A stretch of DNA of 42,503 bases from Nitrospinae bacterium RIFCSPLOWO2_12_39_16 (lineage in GTDB: Bacteria > Nitrospinota > Nitrospinia > UBA9942). The position numbers were made by a program, and so were the translations under genes. The notes under the pieces were generated by a model. It made no database searches. It was given only the letters and a program-made list of their open reading frames with translations, and was not told where the DNA came from. The stretch is taken from assembly GCA_001805005.1 (NCBI GenBank), contig MHDO01000149.1:1-42503 (forward strand), written 5' to 3'. Position 1 is the stretch's first letter. Each line of letters starts with the position of its first letter. Shown here piece by piece: positions 15,737-23,468 of the stretch.

Positions 15737-15986
15737 ATGCCCAGAATATCTATGTTTTTTGGTATATGTGTATTATGACGATCACAATCCTCCACATTTT
15801 CATGCCTCATATGAAGGTTTAGAAGCTACATTTGACTTTGGAGGAAATTTAATAAATGGCATTATGTCAACAAGGGCTAATAAATTGGTTAAGGAATGGA
15901 GCGGTATTCATAAAGGAGAACTGGAAGAAAACTGGGAAAGGGCAAGAAAAGATAAATCATTAAATTGGATAGAGCCTTTGAGATAG
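15737..15986 (+). pseudogene. DUF4160-family gene with a +1 frameshift near the 5' end
   Basis: ATG 15737 opens the canonical family N-terminus MPRISMFFGI, then hits TGA 15776-15778. The rest (..VYYDDHNPPHFHASYEGLEATFDF..ELEENWERARKDKSLNWIEPL*) is in the +1 frame, which the ORF track starts at 15717. Total length is 3n+1. Deleting one nt, e.g. T15767, restores MPRISMFFGIVYYDDHNPPHFHA. Confidence 0.7.
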
Positions 15987-15996
15987 GAGAAGAGAT

Positions 15997-16267
15997 ATGG
16001 ATTTTATACCTCATGTAGTAGAAGCGGAGTATATAAAAAATTATACTATAAGACTCAGATTCAGTGATGGAAGTATAAAAATAGTAAGCTTGGAATCTTA
16101 TGTTGAAAGAGGTGGAGTATTTTCCAGCTTGAAGGATAAAGAATTTTTTTATTGACCTGAATACATTGTGCTGGCCAAATGGAGCTGATATTGCTCCTGA
16201 AAGGTTATATGAGATAGGGAAAAAAGTCTCTAATGAGATGTTAGAGGTAGCTTATGAAAAAAGCTGA
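15997..16267 (+). pseudogene. DUF2442-family gene with a +1 frameshift in a T7 run
   Basis: ATG 15997: MDFIPHVVEAEYIKNYTIRLRFSDGSIKIVSLESYVERGGVFSSLKDKEFFY, then TGA 16153-16155. The +1 frame continues IDLNTLCWPNGADIAPERLYEIGKK..* (stop 16265-16267), the family hallmark WPNGaDixPExLY. The break is at T7 16144-16150. Length is 3n+1. Confidence 0.7.
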
Positions 16268-16274
16268 TATTGAT

Positions 16275-16306
16275 TTGACTCTCTGATATTCTCCTCTTTG
16301 ACACTA
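16275..16306. repeat. inverted octamer arm TTGACTCT CTGATATT CTCCTCTT TGACACTA (right flank of DUF4160/DUF2442 pair)
   Basis: TTGACTCT is the exact reverse complement of AGAGTCAA. TTTGACACT is close to the reverse complement of AGTGTCAGA. Arm-to-arm match is imperfect (~60% by eye). Confidence 0.7.
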
Positions 16307-16323
16307 TTTATGGAGGTGGTAAT

Positions 16324-17121
16324 ATGAAAAAAATATTATTTAAACTTTCAATTTTTTTCTTTGTGTCCTTCCTGTTCTTCGTGGTTAATCAGGTTTTTGT
16401 CCCTTCATTATCAGAGGCATCGGAATGTATCCTTATTGAACCGGAAGAGATGAAAAGGAGGTATGAAGACAGGGCAATTCTTTTAAACGATATGTTTATA
16501 TTTGATATTCGTTCCTATACGATAGCCAATAAGGGGAAAAGGATTCCGATGTCTATGGGGATCACCTATGAATCTATTGAAAATGAGTTTGTCTATGAGA
16601 TAGAGGTGTGGAAAGGGAAAGATGTTTATTTAGTAGGTGAAGATACAGAATCAACAGAGAACTTCTGCAAAGCCATGCTGGAAAAAAATTATCCAATTGA
16701 TGATATTTATGTTCTAAAGGGGGGTATGAATGCATGGAATGGACATGTTATCACTGGGAAGTTTGAGGATGTGAACTGTGAGGAGATAAATTTGGAAGAG
16801 TTATTGGGACTGAAAGATTCAGAAAGGAAAGTTGAATTTGTTGATATTCGTTCTCTAATAGATTATGAGAAGGGACATATTCCGGGTGCAGTAGGGGAAG
16901 GTGCGTTCAGGCGTGAAAATCTGTGTCTAACAGGTGTATTCTCAAGGGCGGTAAAGGAAGATGGTGCTGTGGTCTTTGTGGGATATACAGAGGCAGAAAC
17001 AGTGCATAGATGCAGGGCGCTGAAATGGGCAGTTGGATATAACAATATGTATGCACTTAAAGGAAGCATGAAGGCATGGAAAGGGAAGCTTGAAAAGGGA
17101 AAATTTGAGGGGCGGTATTAA
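16324..17121 (+). CDS. exported tandem rhodanese-like domain protein, catalytic Cys absent in both domains
   Basis: GGAGGTGG precedes ATG 16324. Signal peptide MKKILFKLSIFFFVSFLFFVVNQVFVPSLSEA/SE. Paralogue of 14769-15677. Loop positions read LVGEDTEST and FVGYTEAET. Also HIPGA and LKGGMNAWNG. Confidence 0.8.
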   Translation: MKKILFKLSIFFFVSFLFFVVNQVFVPSLSEASECILIEPEEMKRRYEDRAILLNDMFIFDIRSYTIANKGKRIPMSMGITYESIENEFVYEIEVWKGKDVYLVGEDTESTENFCKAMLEKNYPIDDIYVLKGGMNAWNGHVITGKFEDVNCEEINLEELLGLKDSERKVEFVDIRSLIDYEKGHIPGAVGEGAFRRENLCLTGVFSRAVKEDGAVVFVGYTEAETVHRCRALKWAVGYNNMYALKGSMKAWKGKLEKGKFEGRY

Positions 17122-17140
17122 AAATATCTTGAGAGTGTTA

Positions 17141-18058
17141 GTGAAAAGTGTCAGTGTCAGCAAAAAAATACTGATACTAACGCTAACGCTAACACTGACA
17201 CTATCAACTATAGTTAATGGAGAGAAAACAGAGATGCCAATAGAGATGGTTTTTGTAAGAGGCGGCTGTTTTCAGATGGGAGATATTTTTGGGGATGCAG
17301 AGAACAATGAAGAACCAGTGCATAAGGCATGGAAAGGCGGGCATCATCAGCATCATCAAGGGGCTAACGAAAAACCTGTGCATGAGATATGTGTGGACGA
17401 TTTTTATATAGGGAAATATGAGGTAACAGTAGGCGAGTTTAAGGAGTTTGTAAATGCTACAGGATATAAAACAGACGCTGAAGTTGGAGATGGTTGTTAT
17501 GGCTGGTCAGGGAGTAAATGGGAAAAGGACAGAAGCAGGAATTGGCGTAATCCTGGTTTTCTACAAGATGACAATCATCCGGTATCCTGTGTAACATGGG
17601 ATGATGCAGTAGTCTATATAGAGTGGCTGTCAGATAAGACAGGTAAAATGTATCGTTTGCCCACAGAGGCTGAATGGGAATATGCAGCGAGGAGCGGAGG
17701 TAAGGCAGAAAAATGGGCAGGGACAAATATTGAGTCGGAGCTTTCGGATTATGGATGGTACAATAAAAACTCTAAAGGTAAAACACATCCAGCAGGCAAT
17801 AAAAAATCAAATGGATTGGGATTATATGACATGACAGGGAATGTGTGGGAGTGGGTACAGGACTGGTATGACGAGAATTATTACAACAGCAGCCCTAAGA
17901 ATAATCCACAGGGACCAACTTCTGGCTCCTACCATATCCATCGCGGCGGCAGTTGGTATTTCAGTTCCCATCATGCAAGGATTACAAGTCGTCACCCTTA
18001 TACCCCCGACTACAGGTGCTATAGCCTCGGTTTTCGCTTTGCAGCCTCCACAAAATAA
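17141..18058 (+). CDS. FGE-sulfatase-fold domain protein with His-rich insertion, no FGE catalytic Cys pair
   Basis: Close paralogue of 13720-14763 (FYIGKYEVT, YRLPTEAEWEYAARSGG, YDMTGNVWEWVQDWY, GFRFA). The start is uncertain: GTG 17141 or TTG 17129 lie after the upstream stop 17119-17121, while ORF-track 17090 overlaps the upstream gene. Leader ..KKILILTLTLTLTLSTIVNG. Confidence 0.8.
   Translation: MKSVSVSKKILILTLTLTLTLSTIVNGEKTEMPIEMVFVRGGCFQMGDIFGDAENNEEPVHKAWKGGHHQHHQGANEKPVHEICVDDFYIGKYEVTVGEFKEFVNATGYKTDAEVGDGCYGWSGSKWEKDRSRNWRNPGFLQDDNHPVSCVTWDDAVVYIEWLSDKTGKMYRLPTEAEWEYAARSGGKAEKWAGTNIESELSDYGWYNKNSKGKTHPAGNKKSNGLGLYDMTGNVWEWVQDWYDENYYNSSPKNNPQGPTSGSYHIHRGGSWYFSSHHARITSRHPYTPDYRCYSLGFRFAASTK
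17147..17206. repeat. hexamer STR palindrome in leader of FGE-fold gene 17141
   Basis: AGTGTCAGTGTCAG 17147-17160 against CTAACACTGACACT 17189-17202 (13/14 complementary). (CTRAYR)x6 17171-17206 encodes LILTLTLTLTLS. Confidence 0.85.
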
Positions 18059-18075
18059 AATTTATTGTTTCAACT

Positions 18076-21015
18076 ATGCAAGTTTTTCGGAAGTTTTATA
18101 AAATACTGCTACTGTTATTCGTTCCCACACTCTGCGTGGGAATGTTTATTATCTTAAACCCTGTCTACGCCTCTGAAATGCCTGCCCATGAACGATTTAA
18201 TCAGGGAGTTGATGCTGAATTAACCCATGAAACAAGTTCAGGGCAAGGTTCAGCACAAGTATTTGTTCAGATGGGGCATTCAGAATCGGTTCTTTCTGTA
18301 GCTTTCTCCAATAATGGAAAATATATATTATCAGGAGGCAAGGATAAAATCCTCATACTCTGGGATGCACCCACAGGGAGGGAGATACGAAAATTTGAAG
18401 GGCATACGAGTGATGTTAATTCAGTTGCCTTTAGTTATGACGGGAGGATTCTGGCATCAGGTGGTAGGGATAAAACCATAATTCTGTGGGATATTAATAC
18501 AGGAAATATCATAAAAACATTTATAGGTCATACATCCACTGTCAAATCAGTTGCCATTAGCCCTGATGGAAGGATTCTGGCATCAGGGAGTTGGGATAAA
18601 ACTATAATCCTGTGGGATATTGAAACGGGGAGTGCTATAAAAACACTTAAGGGACATAATGACTATATTGATTCAGTTGCCTTTAGTCCTGATGGAAGGA
18701 CTCTTGCATCGGGGAGTCAGGATAAAACCATAAAACTATGGGAAATATCTACAGGAAGGGAGATGCGGAAATTTGAAGGGCATACCGGTCATGTCAAATC
18801 AGTTTCCTTTAGTCCTGATGGAAAAATTATCGCATCAGGTATTGATAAAGATATAACCCTGTGGAATATAGAAACAGGGAGTGCTATAAGGACACTTAAA
18901 GGACATGATGATATGGTATTGTCAGTTGCCTTTAGTCCTGTTGGAAAGGTTCTCTCATCAGGTGGGATTGATAAAAACATAATTCTCTGGGATATTGATA
19001 CAGGCAATGTCATAAAAACATTCAAAGGACAAACTGACTATATCAGTTCAGTTGCTTTAAGTCCTGATGGAAGAACTCTATGCTCAGGGAGTTTTGATAA
19101 CACCGTACTCCTCTGGGATATAGAAACAGGGAGTGATATAAGGACACTTAAAGGGCATAATTTTTATGCCAAATCAGTTGCCTTCAGTCCAGATGGAAGG
19201 ATTCTGGCGTCAGAGAGTTATGACACCGTACTCCTCTGGGATATAGAAACAGGGAGTGCTATAAAGACACTTAAAGGACATAATGAGTGGGTATCTGCAG
19301 TTGCCTTCAGCCCTGATGGAAAAGTTTTTGCATCGGGTGGCTGGGATAAAACTATAATTCTCTGGGATGTTGCAGCAGGTAGTGCTATAAGAACATTCAG
19401 AGGGCATACTTCATGGGTCAAATCAGTTGCCTTTAGTCCTGATGGAAAGATGCTGGTATCTGTGGGACAGGATGACGCTATAATCCTCTGGGATGTGGCA
19501 GCAGGCAGTGCTATAAAAACGCTGAAAGGACATTGGGTCAAATCAGTTGCCTTTAGTCCTGATGGAAAGAGTATAGCATCAGGTGGTGATTACAATATAA
19601 CCCTTTTGGATGTTGCAACAGGAAATGTAATAAAGACTTTCACCGGCCATACCGATTGGGTTGTACCAGTCACCTTCAGCCATGATGGAAGGCTTTTAGC
19701 ATCAGGGAGTGTTGATAAAGCTGTAATACTCTGGGATGTTGAGAAAGGTAATGCCATAAAAACACTAAGAGGACACAGTAATAATGTCGTCTCAGTTGCC
19801 TTCAGCCATGATGGAAGGCTTTTAGCATCAGGGAGTGTTGATAAAACTGTAATACTCTGGGATGTTGAGAAAGGTAATGCCATAAAAACACTAAGAGGAC
19901 ATAATGATATACTTTTATCAGTTGCCTTTAGTCCTGCTAAAAGGATTCTCGTATCAGGGAGTGGCGATGGAACGAGCAGATGCTGGGATATAAATACAGG
20001 GAGGGAGATTGCCCAGTTTATAGGTTTTAGTAATGGAGAGTGGATTGTGATTACCCCTGAAGGCTATTACAATTCCTCTGCAAATGGTGATAAACTTTTG
20101 AATGTAAGGGTCGGCAATAATGTTTATGGAATGGATCGGTATCGCTCATCATTTTATAACCCCAGGATTGTGGAGAATGCATTAAAACTTGAGGATTCAC
20201 AGAAAGCCATCTTAGAGGTTATTGGAGGGCAAAAGGGGATATTGCCTACCATTTCTACAATCCCTGTAACAGAGAGGGGAAGAAAGGAATGTATACCTAT
20301 TGATGCAGAGGAAATGCAGAGACGATACGAGAATAAGCCACTTCTCTTTGATAATATGTTTATATTTGATATTCGTCCTCTTAAAATGGCTGTGAAAGGA
20401 AAATCCATCCCATTTGTAAAGCAAACCAATTGGGATATGTTCAGGGTAAAATATATTTATAATGTAGAAATGTGGAAGGGTAAAGATGTTTATCTGATTG
20501 GTGAAGACTCAGAATCAACGAAGAGTTTTTGCGAAGAGATGCTCAAAAAAGATTATAGTGTGAATGATATTTATTATTTAAAAGGTGGAATAGATGCCTG
20601 GAATGGACCTGTCAGGATGCCTTTTAAAGATGTCCAGTGTGAAGGTCTTGATGGGGATGAAATAAAAAAAATGATGGAGGGAGGACAGAAGGTTTATATA
20701 ATAGACTGGCGTCATCCAAACGATTTTTATAATGGCGGGCATATCCCTGACTCAATAAATGGATATGGGAAAGAAGGTATTTTTGGAGGGATTGAAGACA
20801 TGCTTAGGGGATACTTTAGATTCAGACCAATTTATATAGATGTAATCAGAGATAATGCCATAGCAGTGTTTATAGATGATACAGAGTGGAAAGGATTGCA
20901 TCGCTGTAAGATTGAGAAGAGGGCAAGTGGTGTAATGGATAAGATGTATTATTTAAAAGGTGGTATTGAAAACTGGAAAGGGTCTCTGGAGAAAGAATCA
21001 TGGCAGCAAAAATAA
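18076..21015 (+). CDS. exported 14-repeat WD40 protein fused to a beta-rich linker and C-terminal tandem Cys-less rhodanese-like domains
   Basis: 14 units of [KR]GHxxxVxSVAFSPDG[RK]xLASGSxDKT[IV]xLWD (two 7-blade propellers). Then GEWIVITPEGYYNSSANGDKLLNVRVG..FYNPRIV. From ~20281, RKECIPIDAEEMQRRY.. is paralogous to 14769-15677 and 16324-17121. N-terminus MQVFRKFYKILLLLFVPTLCVGMFIILNPVYA/SE. Confidence 0.85.
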   Translation: MQVFRKFYKILLLLFVPTLCVGMFIILNPVYASEMPAHERFNQGVDAELTHETSSGQGSAQVFVQMGHSESVLSVAFSNNGKYILSGGKDKILILWDAPTGREIRKFEGHTSDVNSVAFSYDGRILASGGRDKTIILWDINTGNIIKTFIGHTSTVKSVAISPDGRILASGSWDKTIILWDIETGSAIKTLKGHNDYIDSVAFSPDGRTLASGSQDKTIKLWEISTGREMRKFEGHTGHVKSVSFSPDGKIIASGIDKDITLWNIETGSAIRTLKGHDDMVLSVAFSPVGKVLSSGGIDKNIILWDIDTGNVIKTFKGQTDYISSVALSPDGRTLCSGSFDNTVLLWDIETGSDIRTLKGHNFYAKSVAFSPDGRILASESYDTVLLWDIETGSAIKTLKGHNEWVSAVAFSPDGKVFASGGWDKTIILWDVAAGSAIRTFRGHTSWVKSVAFSPDGKMLVSVGQDDAIILWDVAAGSAIKTLKGHWVKSVAFSPDGKSIASGGDYNITLLDVATGNVIKTFTGHTDWVVPVTFSHDGRLLASGSVDKAVILWDVEKGNAIKTLRGHSNNVVSVAFSHDGRLLASGSVDKTVILWDVEKGNAIKTLRGHNDILLSVAFSPAKRILVSGSGDGTSRCWDINTGREIAQFIGFSNGEWIVITPEGYYNSSANGDKLLNVRVGNNVYGMDRYRSSFYNPRIVENALKLEDSQKAILEVIGGQKGILPTISTIPVTERGRKECIPIDAEEMQRRYENKPLLFDNMFIFDIRPLKMAVKGKSIPFVKQTNWDMFRVKYIYNVEMWKGKDVYLIGEDSESTKSFCEEMLKKDYSVNDIYYLKGGIDAWNGPVRMPFKDVQCEGLDGDEIKKMMEGGQKVYIIDWRHPNDFYNGGHIPDSINGYGKEGIFGGIEDMLRGYFRFRPIYIDVIRDNAIAVFIDDTEWKGLHRCKIEKRASGVMDKMYYLKGGIENWKGSLEKESWQQK
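18122..18142. repeat. 7-bp-stem hairpin TTCCCAC-ACTCTGC-GTGGGAA inside signal-peptide coding region
   Basis: Perfect inverted repeat. Encodes (F)VPTLCVGM. Confidence 0.6.
19675..19926 (+). repeat. 126-bp tandem duplication = two near-identical WD40 blades (repeats 12 and 13)
   Basis: 19675-19775 against 19801-19901: 101 nt with a single mismatch (ATAAAGCTG/ATAAAACTG). Both encode FSHDGRLLASGSVDK[AT]VILWDVEKGNAIKTLRGH. Confidence 0.95.
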
Positions 21016-21800
21016 CAGAAGTCAGAAGCCAGAAGCCAGAAGCAAGAAGTCAGAATATCTTTACTCTGTTTTCTGTTCTCTGTCTTTTGTCCTCTGTCCT
21101 CTGGTGTCTGATATTGGCACCCATGTTAGTCAGTGCTGACAGTGAAATGAAAGGGGGGTATCGCAATGATTATCTGCCGAGAGGGATTGTTCCTAAACAT
21201 GAAATGGATAAAGCTGAAAACTGGATTGCTATATTTGAACATTCAAAGCGTGATGAATGGCAAGAGCCAGATAAGGTAATTGAAAAAATGAACTTAAAAG
21301 ATGGTGATGTAATTGCTGATATTGGGGCAGGGTCAGGCTATTTTACAAGGCGGTTTGCCATGGCTGTTGGGCTTACAGGGAAGGCTTATGGAGTGGATAT
21401 TGAGCCTGAGTTGGTTAAATACATGGGTGATGATGCGCAAAAATTAAATCTTAAAAATTATATACCACGATTAGCAACAATGGCTGACTCAGGCCTTGAT
21501 CCCGGTAGTGTTGATGTGGTCTTTATATGTCTTACCTATCATCATATTGAGGATAGAATTAATTATATGAATAAACTTAAAAAGATTTTGAAAAAAGGCG
21601 GAAGGGTTGTAATTGTCGCATTTTATAAAAAGAAGATGGACTTCGGTCCCCCTCCTGATAATAAGATTTCGGAGGAAGTAACGATAGAAGAGATGAAAGA
21701 GGCTGGTTATCATCTTACCAAGCGGCTTGATTTTTTGAGATATCAGTATTTTCTTGAATTTGAGCCAGTTGAAAATCAGCCACAGACTTACACAGATTAA
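21000..21800 (+). CDS. class I SAM-dependent methyltransferase with N-terminal signal/anchor-like leader
   Basis: Motif I VIADIGAGSGYFTRRFA, VDVVFICLTYHHI, LKKGGRVVIV. The leader ..EVRSQKPEARSQNIFTLFSVLCLLSSVLWCLILAPMLVSA/DS is built from STRs. ATG 21000 overlaps the upstream gene by 16 nt. Confidence 0.8.
   Translation: MAAKITEVRSQKPEARSQNIFTLFSVLCLLSSVLWCLILAPMLVSADSEMKGGYRNDYLPRGIVPKHEMDKAENWIAIFEHSKRDEWQEPDKVIEKMNLKDGDVIADIGAGSGYFTRRFAMAVGLTGKAYGVDIEPELVKYMGDDAQKLNLKNYIPRLATMADSGLDPGSVDVVFICLTYHHIEDRINYMNKLKKILKKGGRVVIVAFYKKKMDFGPPPDNKISEEVTIEEMKEAGYHLTKRLDFLRYQYFLEFEPVENQPQTYTD
21016..21110. repeat. STR leader of methyltransferase gene
   Basis: CAGAAGT (CAGAAGC)x3 AAGAAGT CAGAATA 21016-21057. 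CTCTGTT TTCTGTT CTCTGTC TTTTGTC CTCTGTC CTCTGGT 21064-21105. Confidence 0.9.
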
Positions 21801-21837
21801 ACAAGAAAGATACTGAAACCACAGATTACACAGATTA
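21781..21837 (+). repeat. CACAGAYTA 9/10-mers at methyltransferase 3' end and spacer
   Basis: CACAGACTTA CACAGATTA 21781-21799 (encodes the C-terminal ..PQTYTD*). CACAGATTA x2 21820-21837. Confidence 0.8.
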
Positions 21838-21845
21838 TTAAAACT

Positions 21846-23372
21846 ATGAAACAATATAAGAATAGAACAATTTTATGCTTACTGCTTACTGTCTACTGCC
21901 TATTGCTTACTGTTAATGTTTATGCCTCTGTTTGGCAGAAGCCTGTCTTGATAGATGCAGGGACAGGTGATGCCTTCAGAACGAATATTGCCTTTGACCC
22001 TTATGGAAATGCCATGGCAGTGTTTGAGCAGTATACAGATGGCTTCTCAAGGATATATGCAAATCAATTTTTATTTAATAAAAATGGGTGGCAGAGACCT
22101 GTTATTATTGATGCAGGACCAAGTAATGCATATGTATCACGGGTTGCCTTTAACCAGAGCGGTGATGCCATTGCCATCTTCAAGCAGAGTGATGGAAGCA
22201 TATATCGTATCTATGCAAATCATTTTATCAGAACTGAAGGATGGAAAGGACCTGTTGCAATTGATGTAGGAACTGGAGACGCAGATGGACATCAGATAAC
22301 TTATAATGCTGATGGTAATGCTGTTGTGGTTTTTGAGCAGAAGCATAAAGGTATATACAGGATTTTTGCCAATCAATACAGGAGGGAAGAGGGTTGGCGT
22401 GGTGCAGTGGTAATTGATAGTGGTAATTGCAATGGATATTTTCCCTATCCTGCCTTTGATTATCAGGGAAATATCTATGTGATTTATTACAAGGAGGAGG
22501 GGAGTGGTCTTGAGGTATATGTAAATAAATACGAGGAGGGAAATAAGATATGGGGTAAACCTCTTCGCCTAACCGATGGACAGACTGTTGTTAAACATGA
22601 AGATTGGAATAAAAAGAGGGGTTATGTAAATAGAGGTATTACAGGAATATATAATCCGCTTTTTCTTCCTGAGATTAAAAAAAAGATTTATGCAGGGAAT
22701 TATACTTACAATATTAAGCGATTTGAGACCCCGTCTAAGATAGATTCAAGATTCAGAGATGCCTATACCCCTTCTGTGGTATGTGATAAAAATGGGCAGG
22801 TATTTGCATTTTTTGTAAAATGGGATGGGGAGTATCAAAGGGGATATACAGCAGTATACAGGGATAAAGATGGCTGGAGTAAGCCTGAGATTATTGATGC
22901 AAGAGGTGGAGATGTTGAGCATATAAGGGCTGCAATAAATTCAAAAGGTGAAATAGCCTTGGTATTTACTCAATGGCAATTAGAGAGTCAAAGAGCAAAA
23001 GGGTCAGAAAATCAGAGAGAGAATTTAAGAATACATGGAAGAATATACACACCTTCATCTGATTGGGGAAAGGCGGAGATTATTGATGCGGGCAGAAAGG
23101 ATGCCTATGGTCCAGCAGTGATATTCAATGGCGATGATGAAATTATAGCGATATGGTGTCAGTGGGAAGAAGAAACTGTAAAAACTTATAGGAATGATTA
23201 TATAAAAGAAAGAGGATGGGGGAAGGCAGTAAGAGCAGAAATGGAAGATGAATCCTGCGGCGGTTGTGGATTAAGGATTGCGGCATCTCAAGATGGAATG
23301 CTCATCGCTATATTTGAACAGAAGGTCTCCGTTAAAGAAAGGACAAAAATATACGGTATAGAGAGGAAATAA
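21846..23372 (+). CDS. exported repeat protein: ~8-9 copies of an unnamed ~48-aa unit (probable beta-propeller, Asp-box-like)
   Basis: Signal peptide MKQYKNRTILCLLLTVYCLLLTVNVYA/SV. Repeated unit GWxxPVxIDxGxxxxxxxxxAFxxxGNAxxVFEQxxxGxxRIYANxY (e.g. GWQRPVIIDAGPSNAYVSRVAFNQSGDAIAIFKQSDGSIYRIYANHF). Confidence 0.7.
   Translation: MKQYKNRTILCLLLTVYCLLLTVNVYASVWQKPVLIDAGTGDAFRTNIAFDPYGNAMAVFEQYTDGFSRIYANQFLFNKNGWQRPVIIDAGPSNAYVSRVAFNQSGDAIAIFKQSDGSIYRIYANHFIRTEGWKGPVAIDVGTGDADGHQITYNADGNAVVVFEQKHKGIYRIFANQYRREEGWRGAVVIDSGNCNGYFPYPAFDYQGNIYVIYYKEEGSGLEVYVNKYEEGNKIWGKPLRLTDGQTVVKHEDWNKKRGYVNRGITGIYNPLFLPEIKKKIYAGNYTYNIKRFETPSKIDSRFRDAYTPSVVCDKNGQVFAFFVKWDGEYQRGYTAVYRDKDGWSKPEIIDARGGDVEHIRAAINSKGEIALVFTQWQLESQRAKGSENQRENLRIHGRIYTPSSDWGKAEIIDAGRKDAYGPAVIFNGDDEIIAIWCQWEEETVKTYRNDYIKERGWGKAVRAEMEDESCGGCGLRIAASQDGMLIAIFEQKVSVKERTKIYGIERK
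21878..21912 (+). repeat. heptamer STR CTTACTG CTTACTG TCTACTG CCTATTG CTTACTG in signal peptide of propeller gene
   Basis: Encodes LLLTVYCLLLTV. Confidence 0.9.
22984..23023 (+). repeat. in-frame octamer STR AGAGTCAA AGAGCAAA AGGGTCAG AAAATCAG AGAGAGAA in propeller gene
   Basis: Translates ESQRAKGSENQRE. Interrupts one ~48-aa repeat unit. Confidence 0.8.
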
Positions 23373-23398
23373 GAAGGGTTGTAATAGATTTGTAAAAG

Positions 23399-23427
23399 TT
23401 GCATAGGTGGGCATTTTAAGTTATAAT
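23399..23427 (+). promoter_or_regulatory. candidate sigma70-type promoter upstream of 23469 gene
   Basis: TTGCAT (23399-23404), 17-nt spacer, perfect TATAAT (23422-23427). Lies in one of the few ~100-nt gaps. The -35 box matches only 3/6. Confidence 0.35.
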
Positions 23428-23468
23428 GACGGCTAATAAATCCCTGCGGTTATTGTGAAGGAGACAAT

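Noticed and set aside
12759-21800. FGE-fold + rhodanese + SAM methyltransferase as an ergothioneine/ovothiol/selenoneine-type C-S bond pathway (EgtB/OvoA/EanB logic)
   Set aside because: There is no DinB-like iron-binding N-domain on the FGE-fold proteins, and all rhodanese domains lack the catalytic Cys that EanB-type enzymes need. All proteins carry export-like leaders, and no PLP lyase or amidohydrolase partners are present.
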